Origin: Camelus ferus
Taxonomy: Eukaryota
Direction: 5' to 3'
Length of the DNA: 64,000 nt
NCBI RefSeq assembly: GCF_009834535.1
Contig: NC_045707.1
Location: forward strand, 58,344,001 to 58,408,000
Part shown: piece by piece, positions 50,256 through 63,635 of the stretch
Position numbering within the stretch: position 1 is the stretch's first letter
How the letters are laid out: each line of letters begins with the position of its first letter
The notes under the pieces: model-generated
Databases searched by the model: none
What the model saw: the letters and a program-made list of their open reading frames with translations, nothing else
What the model was told of the DNA's origin: nothing
Made by a program: the position numbers and the translations under genes

Positions 50256-51619
50256 GGACACAGTATTTATTCCTTTGAATTCCTGGAGTCCCTTTGGCTG
50301 AGTCACTTGGGTTCACTATACTTATTTTATGCATCATTATTTATTTTCCTCTTGTATATGCCCTAAATTTCCTATTCAGTTGTAGATTTCTTATGGGTAT
50401 ATACTTTTGCCATAGAAATGCTTTTTGTATCCTCTGTGTGACTCTCAATGATAACACATGATTGGTCTTCAGTGAAGTTGGTTAAATTTTATCAATTGTT
50501 AAGGACTGTTTTGTGGTTAATTAATTACTTAATGGAGATTCTTTTTGCATGCAAAGCTGAGAAGCACCTTCTTTGTAATTTATCTCAGATAACTCTTGCC
50601 ACACGTCCTCTTTGACCTCTCCCTCCTTTTATGGAGGCTTATTTAGAATGCCCTTAAATGGCAACACTCCTTCAGTTCTCCATAGAATTCTATTTGTAAT
50701 TATGAAGAACTAAGATGTATGGAAATTTCCAGGAGTGGCCTTGATTTTCTTGGTCCTTTTTCGATCAGGTGAAACTTCTTAAATGAGCCTGGATTCTGTC
50801 TCATCACTTTTCCACAGATAAAAACTTCAAGTCTCTATAGTTGCTTTTGAAAATTGCAGGGCAATTTGCAATAATGGCAAAGCAGCCCATCTTCCGTAGA
50901 ACCTCAAGAGTGGCTTGGCTTATTGCCCTTCCATTTTTACATAGACTTACAGAGTTCGGAAGCCTCTCTCTTCCCAGTCACTGACTCTGTGTCTAAAGAA
51001 GAGAAAAAGACTGCAGTGCCATCAGGATGATGATAATTCTCAGCAATTTATCTCCCTTTCATTTCCCCATATATTTTAGAGCTATCCATTTCCTGGCATT
51101 CCCAAGGCCAGTTGTGCTGGGAATGGAGATGAAATCAGATTCTCTCCATTTCAAAAGAAGAAAGTCAAATTAAGGATGTGTATCTATATCCCAGCATCCC
51201 AACCCAAGATAATAATACTTCAGGGCATTTATAGTTTTCACAAAGGGTGGCGTAAAATTCTCACCACAAAATTTATTTTCCTTTACTTAAATTCTGAATT
51301 GAACTGTATTTACAAACATAATTTGTAGAAGGTGATTGCTACAAAATTAAACAAAACTAATGGTTTTGGATTCTTTGATCAATACTCAGGTTTAGAAAAA
51401 TCTTTGCAGGCCATTTGTGTATTTATTTCTAATTGCTGACCTCCAGAAGTTTGCAGTGTAGAGCTTGCAATGGGTATACATATGTGTATTTTTATTGATT
51501 CCTGTACATTATACCTACCGTCAAGAAGGGTATGAGGTGATAGACATTAAAAGTACGAGAATAATAAGTCTAAGACACAATCAACTCATTGTGAGATGAA
51601 AATTATGGGACATGTGATC

Positions 51620-52125
51620 ATAAATGTGACTCCTGGTTGGGAATGTTTGGTTCAAATAAAAGAAAGTGTGACAGACAATGGCTTGAATAAGAAAGAAGTT
51701 TGTTCTTCTGAAACCAAAAGAAGTTCTGGAGCCCAGGGCAGCCCAGTAATGCCCGCAGTGTCCAGGGCTTGCATCCTGCTGCCCCAGTCTCCTTGGACTG
51801 TAGCTTTCGATGTCATGGTTGCAAGATGCTGGCTGCCCTTCAGGTGCCAAGCCTGTGTTCCAGGCAAGGTAGAGGGACAGAGACAAGAGGCTATCCGGGC
51901 GCATCAGCAGAATTTTCACCTGATAGATAGCTTTCCTAGAGCCAGACCGAGTTACTTCTGCTTCCATCTGACTTGCTAAAACTTGGTCACAGAGTCACAA
52001 AAGGATGTAGATTAGGTAAGTGTTTGTAGCTGAACACTTGGCCACTTTCGACCAAAGAGATTTGTCTTGTAAAGGTAGAAAGGAAAAATGGATATGAAAA
52101 ATGACTCACAATGTTTGCTTCAGTG
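51620..52125. mobile_element. MaLR (MLT1-like) LTR
   Basis: aatggcttgaataagaaagaagttt...tcatggttgcaagatgctggctgc...ttctgcttccatctgacttg. Confidence 0.65.
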
Positions 52126-53001
52126 ACTGATTTTAAAAACAGGTGTATCTAAAATTTATGTGTCCTGGTAAGCGTTTTTAGAAAAAGAAAAATTTTACAC
52201 TTGATCTTAGGCTGAGAAGTGATAGAAAAAAATTTTTTTTTAATTATACAAGAAAATCTTGCATTAGTTTGAAACAAGATTTTCTTGTTATATGTCAATT
52301 ACTTCAATAATTTTTTTCCAATGTGCATCCTATAAGATACTGATAAGTACTATTTTTTTTTAAAGACTTCTGAGTCAAATTAGTTTGGGAATCCATAATT
52401 AAGATGCAAGGGCTGATAACATAAGAGAAATCTGCTTTGTCAATCCCCAGGGCAGAGAATAGGATGAAATAGTTCCTAAACTTTTTTGGCCACAGAACGC
52501 TTTTGTTGGCTTATTATTAAGACTAGTATAAAAGGGATCTCCATTTGAGAAAGACTGAGTAGAATTTCATCTTGTGATTGACCGAAAGAAATTCCTCCTA
52601 TCCCAGTTGTTTCCAAAAACCTTAGTTAAACCTATCCTTAGGGTACCTTTTTATGAATAGCTTTATCAAAAGGAATTCCAAAAATGTTTTGAGCAATAGC
52701 AAACTCATTGGAATCTTCCCCCCTTCATACACACACAGAGGTTTTTTTTTTTCCTTAAAAAACTAGCCATATTAATTTCTATCTTCTTGTTCCACATTAT
52801 TGTTGTTATTTTTTGATAGCACATACCCCTTCATTAACCCTTTCATCAAGATCTCTATGTGTTAAGCTCCTACTGGGGTCATAAACAGAGCAATACTATT
52901 TCTGAAGAGAAGGCAGTGACTTACAGACTGACCTCTGGTTCCTGTGCTCTGCCCCTATCACCCCGCAACCCCCTTTTTGGAGAGAGTTGTTCCTGTGGTT
53001 T

Positions 53002-53634
53002 TGCTGCCGGTGGTGACCATCACAGAAAGAATTCAGAGATGGGATTCAGAGGTCAGGAAAGTAAAGTGGGGGCTTATTAAGGGATAGATAGCACACTCTC
53101 AGGGGGAGAGGGGCAGGCTCAGGTGAGCGGCTGCTTTGAGTTTCTTTGGCGAGTTGGTCACATACAGTGTAAAAATGAATGGATGGAATAGTCATTGGGG
53201 AGGGAAGGGTTTGGGGTGGTATTCCCTGGTTATTATCCCAACTCCACCTTTCTGAAGGGAGGACAGATTTTTGTCCTTATTTAGTCTGGACTGGAAGTGC
53301 CACGGCGTCGGTGCATGCTGGGTACTTCTAATCTGCAAGGTGAATTTTATTGAAATGAAGGCATAATGAGCAGAGGGTTACATTTGGATACTGGAGATTC
53401 CTGCTTTTTTCCACCTTTCTTTGTCAGCCTCCAGGCCACTTGTCACCCCAAAATGTGTGACCATTTATCCGCCCAAAGGTTCCTGCTTTTTCTTCTCTGC
53501 CCAGGGACTACTATTGTTTACCAGATGTATGATTTCCTGCATTTGGCCTGTGCCCCTCCCTTATGCCCAGTTCCTGTCATTTGGCCTGCGTCCCCCTTTC
53601 TCTGCTCATATCTAGCTATCTGCCTGCTCTAACA
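53002..53634 (-). mobile_element. Solo LTR, ERV1-type, 633 bp
   Basis: TG...CA termini; 4-bp TSD gttt at 52998-53001 and 53635-53638; minus strand starts tgttagagcaggcagatagctagatatgagcag; orientation inferred. Confidence 0.75.
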
Positions 53635-54879
53635 GTTTTTTGATTCCTGTCTTGGGGAGCAGAGTGTCTGCGATTGAATGGAAAAAGGATAGTTGAAAAA
53701 TGCCTCAGGGATTTGGGGGGCCTAGCACAAGGCCCTGGTAACTCAGGCAGTTAGCAACATGTTGAACCAACATGTATATGATGTCTTCTTTATTGTTAGC
53801 ATTTGTGAGACTCCCGGATGCAAAGAAACAAAACAATGCCTTCACCTGAAAATCCTTTTGGGAACAAATTGTATTTCTTTTGCTCAGGTTATAAACTCAG
53901 TGCCTGGCATTTTAAAACAATCATTGCTTTTGTTGAATTAAAGAATGGATGAAAGGAAAAAGTCCCTGCTATCAAGTTCAGTTTAGAGAATGTGATTTTT
54001 TTTTTGGACGTGTATTTGTGGAGATGAGTATCATATCAAGAATAACTGTAATACAAGATATAAATATAGAGAGAGCATTTAAGTACTCGTGTATTGAGGA
54101 CTGCATCAGAGCGGTTTTCATTTTTGCTTCCCAATAACTGTATCTTCCATTAACTTTGCTACTTTTGAATTTCAAAATGTAGTCATATAAAAAAAAACTA
54201 AGTAAAAAGGGAAATAATGTACCCATTATCCCACTATCTCAAAAAACTAAGAGTAGAGAAATTTGTTAAACGAAAAGTATAATCAGTGAAAACAACAGCT
54301 GAGCGTCCTATGGAGAGAGAAGACAGAAGACAAAAAAATATGGCAGGGGAATTGAGAATTCAAGCAAGAGAAATCAAATTCTCTAGAGGATTTGGCCTCT
54401 GGACTAGAAGTTATGGGTTTCTTAAAATTTTTTAATTTTTAAAATGGGACTGTGCTTTTACTCAGCTGGGAGGTGGCCATAGAGACGGCGGGCTTTGGTT
54501 CCCTCATCTCACTTCTTGGTGGATGTTAACTCTGAATCTCAAATCCTGGACATCTTGCTTCCAGCTGCTCTTGCTGCTGGTATTTTAAGTCAGTTCACAC
54601 AATGTTTTGCTGCTGTTGCTTCACAAATGTTTTAAAATCATAGGCAATCAAATCTAGCCATCCTTTTATTTGTACACTTTACTTTCCTTGTTAGGCTTGG
54701 ACATTTCCATCTGCATTTTCTTCTAGGACATTTGTATTTGCCATTTTACCTTTAAATATTTTAATCATATAGATTCAATTTTGTTTCTGTTGACTGATTT
54801 TCTGATGGTTATGGGTCCTATTTTTTTGGTGTGTGTATGTTTTAGTAAATTTTGCTTGTATATGGGTGTGATTGATGCT

Positions 54880-55625
54880 ACATAATTGAATGTCTGGATT
54901 TATTTTTTTCTTCATAGAGAGTTTTGTTCAGCAGGCAGTTAAGGTACTTGTAAGTCAACATGATTCTTTCCAGATTCATTCTTCAGCTTTGTTGGGGTGG
55001 GTCTAGAGTCGTCTTTACTCTCGGACTACATCAGAAGGAGCCTCTGCCAAATGCCCGGGGTGTTCAACGAGGCCTCTTCACTCTGACTGGTTGGAACTCA
55101 GACGTCTCCCAGGCCCATGAGGGCTCTGGTTGTTGTTCAGCTCACAGCTCACAGCTCACAGCACCCTGGTAGTTGTTCCTTCCCTGACAGTTCTTTCTGG
55201 CCCGGCCTCATGGAGTCTCATTTTTCACACACACAGTTTAGTATTTGACCCAAGACTCCAGGGGACTGCTATGCAGATTTCTTTAGCTGCTTCTCTACAC
55301 ATCTCCCTTTTTTCTGGTCCCCTACCCCAAAGTCCAGCCACCTCAGTAGCTGTGAGTTTGATCTCTGTTTCCTCAGCTCAGCAAGACCCCCATGCTTTGT
55401 GTGGGCCCCCTTCCTTCTGCTGCAGTCTGAAGGTTTCTCCAGGAAGGAGCGTGGGATGGTCGTGTGGTTCACCTGCTTTGTTTCTCTTGCTCAGTGAGCT
55501 CAGTCCTGTGTATACTGTTGTCCAACATCTGAAAACAATCCCTTCATATATTTTCTCTAGTTTTATAGTTGTGCATTGGGGGAGGGCTAGTCCAGCAGCA
55601 TTTACTCTCATTATGGCCCAAAGCA
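54880..55625 (-). mobile_element. Ancient L1M 5'-region relic
   Basis: tttgttggggtgggtctagagtcgtctttactct...tactgttgtccaacatctgaaaaca...ttcatatattttctctagtttt. Confidence 0.6.
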
Positions 55626-55639
55626 TATGTTTGATATAC

Positions 55640-56175
55640 ATTATTGAGGATCTGATTGGTTACTCCATATCCATTCCTCTTCAACCCCCTTTCCATTGTC
55701 TACTTCCTAACTGCAGAGAAGGAAAAAGTTAGATACTGTCTTACCATCCTCTGCAACAAGGAATGGTCTGGATTTCACCTAGCCAATGAGGCAAAAGAGG
55801 AATTCTTCTGGGAGGTTTCTGGAAAGACAGTTTAACTTCCTATAAAAGGAGACAAACACTGAAGGAGGGCTCTCCCTCACTAGCCTGACCTACCTCTTGC
55901 CTTCAGTATGTGAGCACTTGATGTCTTGAGTAATGACAGCCATCTTGGATCATGGGGCAAGCAGCCAAGGACAAAAAGTGGATGGTGGATGGTGAAGAGG
56001 AAGGATAAAAAGAGCCTGGGTACTTAAAAAAACATCCCTAAAGTACTGAACCAACCCTGAGACTGTCTCCCTTTGGGTTTGTGTTATGTAAATCCCAACA
56101 TCCTCTTGTGTTAAGTCTCTGTTAGTTTCTATTGCTGCTTTACTACTTGCAGCCAGAGTATTCCTATCTGATGTA
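55640..56175. mobile_element. Ancient LTR (MaLR/ERVL-like)
   Basis: cagccatcttggatcatgggg...ctacttgcagccagagtattcctatctgat. Confidence 0.6.
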
Positions 56176-57319
56176 GAAATAAATCTTTTGTTTTCCAGCT
56201 GTTTGGAGAGTTATATAAACACATTCTATTTTTAAAAATCTATTGAAATGGCTACTTTCTCATACATTAAAGTCTTACATGTATTTTGGTCTCTTTATGG
56301 ACTTTTCATTTTGTTCCGTTGGTGTATCTGTGTAGTGTGGTTACCATCTAACTTTTTACTATCTTGTAGGGCAAGAGTTTCTACTGCCCTCAAATTATGA
56401 CTTATGTTGTTTCCTTTCAACTTTGTAATACTCTTCTTAGGTCCAGTTTTCTTGTAATTTTTAAAGTGATTTAGCAGAACACTTTTTATATCTTTAAGGG
56501 TCATAAGATGTAATGATTAGGGAGAAAACGTAGACATTACCTCAAGGTTTTATGGAGAGGAGATGAAAGCTGTTGGTGGTTTGGAAGTGTCTTTAAAACA
56601 TGACAGTGTTGCATACAGACAATAATGTCAAGTGCAATGTGATTTTAAGAAGAGTTAAGCAAAGGAAAATTTTATTTCACAGTCATAAATAGCTGCTTTC
56701 TGTATGGGTTGAGGAAAAAAATGCAGTTCAAAAGCCGACATCCACAGCTCCACAAGCATTAGCAAATAGGGAAATAGAGTTGTACAGTAATAAGAAAATA
56801 CAGTGCTCCTATTCTCATTCTGCATAAGTGATAAGCAATTAGTTTGATTCCTAAGACTTGTGAGGTGACAGGAGCCTGAGAAGAGAAGGCTTTAGTTTGC
56901 TAACTGAAGCTGTCATTTGGGAAGGGTGTTTTGCTTGACAGTTGATTAGAGGTTAAATGAACTGAAAATATCAGTCATTTTTGCTGCCTTTCCATTTACT
57001 GTAACAGCAGTTGTCTGCATTTTCCCTCACCAGTTCTAAAGACTAGATTTAAACAATTATCCATGTTGGAGATACTGATTTTAAATGGCAAAAGGGTAAC
57101 TAGGACTTGAAACCACTAGCTTTTTGAAAGATAAGGTTCTCATCTGAAAATGAGCTAAAGTGGTTGATGAGTCTTGAAAGACGCCTTTAAAGATCTGTTA
57201 GAACTCCATAATACAATTCTGAAAAAAAATAATGTTGAATACACGGGTATCCAGCTCATTCTTAATTATTCAGCTTAACACTACAAATTCTTTCTGAGTC
57301 TATTAATTTATACCATCAT

Positions 57320-58375
57320 TGATCAGTATTTATTGAGTACCTACTATGTGCCACTTTTTAGATGCTTGAGGTACAAGAATGAACAGAGCAGATGAAGGCT
57401 CAGTCCCTACGGATATATTTCTTTGAGGAGAAGTTGCCAATAAACAGATAAACAAGAAAATATTCAGTATGCTAGATGGTGATGTTTGATGGAGAAAAAT
57501 AAAGCAGGGGAGGGGGATAGAGAGAGATGAAATGAGAATGGTGAAAGTTGATATTTGATTAAGGACAGAAAGAAAATGAAGGAATATGTTTTGGGGCTCT
57601 CTGGAGAATGACTGCTGAAGTAGAGGGAATAGCAGGTGCAGCAGGTGCAAAGGCCCCGAGGTAGGAGCATGTTTGGCATGTCTGAGGACCAGCAAGGAGG
57701 CAATTATGAATGTGTGGCTTAAGTCAAGGAAGGAGAGGTGGGTGATGAGGTCAAAGCAGTAGCTGGGGTCCAGACCATGTAGGGTCTTGTAGAACATGGT
57801 AAGGAGTTCAGTTTTCCTTTTGAGTGAGATGGAAAACCATCTGAGAATTTTAAGATAGAGAAGGACATTATTTACACGTTTTAACATGATAAATTTGGCT
57901 GATGTATTGAAAATAAACCGAAGGGGAGAAGGATGAAATTATAGAGGCAAGTTATGGGGCTGTTGAGTTAACCATGGTGAAAGACAAGGATGGCATAGAC
58001 GGTGGGAGGGTGTTGAGAATGAGCAGATACTGGATGTATTTCCAAGGTAGAACTGACAGAACTTGCTGATATGTTGGATATGGATCAGGAAACAAAAAAA
58101 GCATCAGGGTGGGATAGAGAGTGGGATCATTGTGGGGAAGAACAAGGATTCAGACTGAGGCATATGACATCTGAGATGCCTATTAGACATCTAAATGAAA
58201 CACTGAGTAGGTAGTTGGATATATGAGACTAGAGTTCAAGAAGGAGGTCTGGGCTGGAGGTAAACATTTTGGAGTCAGCACATAAATAGCATTAAAGCCA
58301 TCAGGCAGGATGAGATCACCCCAGATGAGTGTGGAAAGAAAAGAGCTCTGACCCCTGAGCCACTTCAAAGTTCTC
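57320..58375 (-). mobile_element. L2 (L2a-like) LINE 3' ~1 kb
   Basis: tatttattgagtacctactatgtgcca...caggtgcaaaggccccgaggtaggagcatgtttggcatg...gtaggtagttggatatatgag. Confidence 0.9.
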
Positions 58376-58444
58376 AGCACCATTATTGACTTGATTTATA
58401 AATTTTGACAAGTCCCTCGATCTCTGTGTTTCTCAATTTCTAAT

Positions 58445-58890
58445 ATCGTGTTGTCCAATAAAATATAATGTAAGCCACAAAAGAGAGCCACCTAGGTAAC
58501 TTAAAATATTTTAGTAGACACATTAAGAAAAGTTTAAAAAGTGAAATTAATCATGTTAAATAATATTTAGATAACGCAATGGACCTGTGTCAGACTTGTG
58601 AACTACAGAATAGTAAGATAATAAATTTGTTGTTTTAAGCCAGTAAGTTTGTAATAATTTGTATGGCAGTTATAGGAAAGGAATATATTCAACATATCCC
58701 CAATGACCATTTCCAGGTGAAATCAATATAAAAAAATTTTAGTGAGCTATTGACCTTCTTTTAATTATACTTAGTCTTTGAAATCAGATGTGTATTTTAC
58801 ATATCTAACACATCTCAACTTGGACCAACCTCATTTCAAATGTCAGCAGCCCCGTGTGGCTGGTGGCTATTATTTTGGACACTGCACTTC
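58445..58890. mobile_element. MER33/MER3-like hAT element with an internal MLT1 fragment (~58580-58690)
   Basis: gttgtccaataaaatataatgtaagccac at left; cgtgtggctggtggctattattttggacactgca at right. Confidence 0.7.
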
Positions 58891-58941
58891 TAACAAGTAA
58901 AGCCAGAAAAGGGCAAAGCAATTTAGTACAAGAAAGATACG

Positions 58942-59285
58942 TGTGATGGTTCATTTCATGTGTCAGCGTGGCTGGGTCATCGTGCTCAGATACTTGGTCA
59001 AACATTATTCTGAATGTTTCTGTGAAGGTATTTTTTGGGATAAGATTAACATTTAAACCAGTGGACTCTGAGTAAAGCAGATTACTCTCCATAGTGAGGG
59101 TGGGCTTCATCTAATCAGTTGATGAGGCCTTGATAGAACAGAAACTGACCTTCCCTGAGCAAGAAGGAATTCTGCCAGCAGACTGGAACTGCGACTCTTC
59201 TCTGAATCTCCACAAATGCATGAGCCAATTCTTTAAAATCAATCCTCTCTCTCTCTATATATATATGTATGTACGTACACACACA

Positions 59286-59328
<43 letters not shown>

Positions 59329-59370
59329 ATCCTGTTGATCCTGTTTCTCTGGAGAACCCTGGCTAATACC
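58942..59370 (+). mobile_element. MLT2-type (ERVL) LTR containing (CA)n
   Basis: tgtgatggttcatttcatgtgtca...ttggtcaaacattattctgaatgtttctgtgaagg...ctgtttctctggagaaccctggctaatac. Confidence 0.88.
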
Positions 59371-59711
59371 ACATGCATCTGGGACAAAGGAAAGACACAG
59401 CCCATGTGTAAACCCCTGCCTGTCCCTGTGTCCAGAGTCCAGAGTTTTACAGGATAGTAATAATTCTGGGGAGAGAAAGATGTAGACTGGGAGCGGGTAA
59501 ACAGGGCCGGAGGAGAGGTGCTCTCCCCTCCTGGAGGTGAGAGGAAGGAACGTGAGGGGAAGGGTCTGTGTTGGGACAGACTTCGGAAAGAGTGGGCACC
59601 CTCTGTTTCGGGTAAGACAGAGGTCCAGAGGGTCTGACGTGTGGTCCTGGGCAGGCTGCTCTCACTGGGGTTGACGTTTGGAGTTCTGTCGAGGGCCAAA
59701 CGGATGGACCT

Positions 59712-60428
59712 CGTGTTCATTTTTCCAGGGTAGCCAGCACAAAATACCACCGACTGGGCTACTTAAACAAGACACAGTTACTTCCTCACAGTTGAGGGCC
59801 GGGGGCTGGAGGTGAGGGGCCGGCAGAGCTGGCTTCCTCTGAGGCGTTTCTCCTTGGCTGGCGGAAGGTCGCCCACCTGCTGCCTCCTCACACAGTGTAT
59901 CCTCTGTGCACACAAAACCCTCCCAGGATTGCTCTCAGTCCCGATCTCCTTCTCTTATAAGGACAGCAGTCCGATTGGATTAGGGCCCACCGTAATGGCT
60001 CACTTTAACTTAATCACTGCTTTATTTATTTAAAAAAATTTTTTTAAATTGACATATGGTCAGTTTACAATGCTGTGTCAATTTCTGGTGTACAGCATAG
60101 TAGTTCAGTCATCTATATGCATACACATGTTCCTTTTCATATTCATGTTCATTACAGATTACTACAGGATACTAAGTAATTCCCTGTGCTATACAGTAGA
60201 GACTTGCTGTTTATCTATTTTATATATAGTAGTTAGTATCTGCAAATCTTGAACTCCCAATTTATCCCTTCCCACCTCCTTTCCCTCCTGGTAACCATAA
60301 CTGTGTTTTCTATGTCTGTTAACCACCTCTTTAAAAGCCATCCCTCTGAATACAGTCACTTTCTGAAGTACTGGGAGTTAGGGCTTCAACATGCTAATTT
60401 GGGGGGAGGCACAATTCTGTCCATAACA
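59712..60428 (-). mobile_element. MLT1 (B/C-like) LTR split by an L1 tail
   Basis: acaaaataccaccgactggg...ttataaggacagcagtccgattggattagggcccac...cacaattctgtccataaca. Confidence 0.85.
60025..60318 (-). mobile_element. Lineage-specific L1 3' tail nested in MLT1
   Basis: cagtttacaatgctgtgtcaatttctggtgtacagcat; degenerate 15-bp TSD at 60010-60024 and 60319-60333. Confidence 0.85.
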
Positions 60429-61449
60429 GGATCCCACTGTGGTCCAGTCTGCCTTAGACTCCTGACCAGAGAATTAGCTGTTAGTTTAGAGTAAGTATTG
60501 ACTAGATACGTAGAGATGGTACATCTCTTCCTAAACTCTTGGTGACATCAGAATTTTCAGGGTAAAACATGCAGGCGTGGGTGATGGGTCCTGGGGGTGG
60601 GAAGGTCGAAGAGGCCCGATGGCTTCTTTCTGGCCAGGGGACACATGCAGTGATCATCCTGGCTTAGAGGCAAAGCAAAACTTAATGAGTCACTCAGCCC
60701 ATAAATTACTGTCCTGAGCCTGCCTAATTTGAGTCACCTGAGTCTGCGTTCTGGCGATGAGACGCCAGCCGCCCATATTTCAGGGAAATGTGAGAAAATG
60801 AGGCGACTGTGACACTGACAGGAAATTAGTCAAGGGCTGATGGTCCAGTTCCCTTTTATAATTTGTAATTCATCTGACGTTCTCACATTTGCTGAAGGAA
60901 GCAGTGCTTTCATATTCTGAAATGGGTTCATTTTCCCCTGGACGAAAAAGGAAATTCTTTTCCAGGATCAAGGAAAACGATGAGTCTTTCAGGCATTGTG
61001 ACTCTAAAGAACGTTGTTGTTGGCCTGAGAGTCCGAGGCACGTGGGTCTGGAAGGAACTCAGCATGGGCTGGAAGAAGGCGGCACTGATGGACTAGCCTG
61101 AGAACCGAGGCTGCGCTTCACAGAAAGTGACATTGGGAAATCAGTGTCGCAACTCTCTCCTTCCCCAAATTGCCTGAGTGTCTCCGCACCCTTCCTTCCC
61201 TTCCCATTTTGTTCACCCACCTGCAGGATGCTGTCAAGAAGTGTCAGGGCGCGGGGACAAACTTTGTGGAGGTAGGGGGCTGTGAGATCGCGTGGAATGG
61301 TCCAGAGAATTGTGTAGCTAGAATACAGGGTGAGGCTTGAAGGGAGAGCAGGAGGTGGTTGGATGCAATGCTGAAGAATTAAATGTTCATCTGTAGGGAA
61401 GGGGGAAGAGGGGGGATTTTTAAGAAGCAGAGTGATGTGACTTGAAGCT

Positions 61450-61690
61450 GGTCTGCAAACCCTAGCCATTTGTATGTGTAGGGTCTGTGAGCTACAAAAG
61501 GGTTTTACATTTTTAATACATGTGCTGCCGAAGCCAGTGCAAAAGGTTTGGCGTTTTTAAAGGGTTGGAAAGAAAGGAAGGATGGATGATTAGCAGACAG
61601 AGCATTTAAAGATGCCACAGAGAACAGATTACCCACAAAGCTCCCAATACTTTGCTTTACAGACAAAGTTTGCTGACACTGGGCTAGATT
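61450..61690. mobile_element. MER58-like hAT element
   Basis: ggtctgcaaac...tgagctacaaaagggttttacatttttaa...ctttacagacaaagtttgctgacactg. Confidence 0.7.
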
Positions 61691-63029
61691 TAGGAAGACC
61701 AGTTAACCATTAATCAAGTGCTTCTTTTATACCAGGTTTTAATATCCATTATCTCTAACTTGCAAATCAAGTGGCTTGTCTGGGGCTACGCAGCTCCCTG
61801 AGTGAAGCAGGATTTGAACCCAGGCTGCTGGCTCTAAGGCTGGTGCTTTTTTTTCACTCTGTAATGAGAGTGGGAGCAGGTGAGGCTGGACTTTGGGAGG
61901 TGGTGCTGATGAGGCTTCTGGGATGCTGAAAGCGGTGTAAGATGCAAGTCTGAATGAGGGGTTTGAAGAAACCAGGAGGGACCTCAGAAACTCCTCTGCG
62001 CTCAGCATCTCCCGGATTTGAGGCAAAGGTGAGAGCAAGGGAAGAGTCCTGTCTGACCCCTCCTCGTCCTGGGCCTTCTCTTCCTTGACATTCTCTCCAC
62101 CAATGCTTTGCTCCTGCTATTAATTTTTAACCGAGCTGCCTGGAGGAGTGAGGAGGGCTGTGGCCCCGGGATGGAGAGACTCCTAGGCCAGCTCTGGACC
62201 TGTCCTCACCGAGGCCCACAACCTGCACACTTGTAGACATTTGAAGCATGAGGGCCACAGCTGGGGAGGCTGTGAGAAAACCAGAACACATTAACACCAA
62301 TGGCAGTGTACTTTGGTGGCAACTTCCAAGAAACCAATTTGGAAAATTCTGGAAACTTACCTTGAGAAAATAGATCATAGTAGATTCATAGAATAATAAA
62401 TACATAAATAAAATCTCCACTAAAGTATCCACTGCCATGTAATTTATTTAAAAAATAAGTCACAACTTAAACATTTGATACCAGGGAAAGCGTTGAATAC
62501 ATTTTGTTTCTCTCCCTGAAGAAAAGCCAGGTGGCCATTAAAAATAAAAATGATAGACTATGTGGCAACAAGAAAAAAGTCTTATTTTTCAAGAATTTGA
62601 TGATAAATTCTGTGCACACTGTGATTAAAACTATTTAAAAGGTGATTGTATATGGCCAAAGACAGCCCATTTGTGAAAAACAAAAAAGGTACGTGGAGTG
62701 ACTTTTTCCCCTCTCTGTGTCCCTTTCTTCCCGCTAAATTTCTATAATAATAACAAATTATTTTGATAAATTCAGGAATCTAAAGGTATGTTAATATTTC
62801 AGTGCTTGCTACAAAAGCCTGCTTCAAATACACTGCAGAAGCTTGATTTTCTTGGCAATAAATAGGAAGGTGAACAAATGTTTTCAGATAATTGAAAGGT
62901 GGTGCATACTTTTAAAATTTCCTTTCTAATAGTGTTTTTGGTGAAAAGGAGAAGTGACTGGACAGCTGCTGTGGCCTGAGGTTGTGCCTTCAGGGCCCCT
63001 CCCCTTAGGACAGAAGTATAACCAGGGCC

Positions 63030-63635
63030 ACAAAGTGGAAGACGTGTGTGGTTTTTGTCTGCAGTGTCCAGTTTGTCTCCTTGGTAACAGCACTTTGATT
63101 TTCCTCTGAGGAACTGTCCTCATCCCATCTCTCTGGCTCTTGGGCCGGAACATGACCTAGGCTTGGCCAAAGTGAACACTGCATCGTGGGGCCACAACGG
63201 TGGTTTTAAGGAGGGCATGTGCCCCAGGCGTGTAAGTTGGGTCTGGGAACTTGAGCGACATAATTGTGGAAACAGCACTCTGTGCGAACGCGCTCAGCCA
63301 GAAGAACAGAAGATTGAAGGGGCCGTGGTGGAGACACTGGCACTTGACAATGAAGTAATACTGAGGATAGCCGAGTTGGATGGGGGGTTGGGGGAGAGTG
63401 GAGAAAGAGAATGATGACATGGTTTGAGGCCCTTGATGGAGCTGTTCCTGGATGTAATCATACCTTGAACTTTCTGGATAGATGAGCCAACGGTTCATCT
63501 CTCTGCCTCTGTCTCTCTTTGTCTCTGTCTTTCTCTCTCTCTCTCTTCCTCCCCTGCACCCCTTCCCCCACCCCCCTTTTATTCCTTAATGCAGCTTGAA
63601 TTGGGTTCCTTCCACAGGCCACTCTAACAATCCTG
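63030..63635. mobile_element. Ancient LTR (MaLR/ERVL-like) with a CT-rich tract
   Basis: acatgacctaggcttggccaa...gagctgttcctgga...cagcttgaattgggttcct. Confidence 0.6.

Noticed and set aside
55130..55732. 200-aa ORF
   Set aside because: Lies in a decayed L1/LTR region; no recognisable protein similarity
57330..57887. 185-aa minus-strand ORF
   Set aside because: Entirely within an L2 relic
59115..59750. 211-aa minus-strand ORF
   Set aside because: Spans MLT2/MLT1 sequence and the (CA)n run, which gives the VCVCVC stretch
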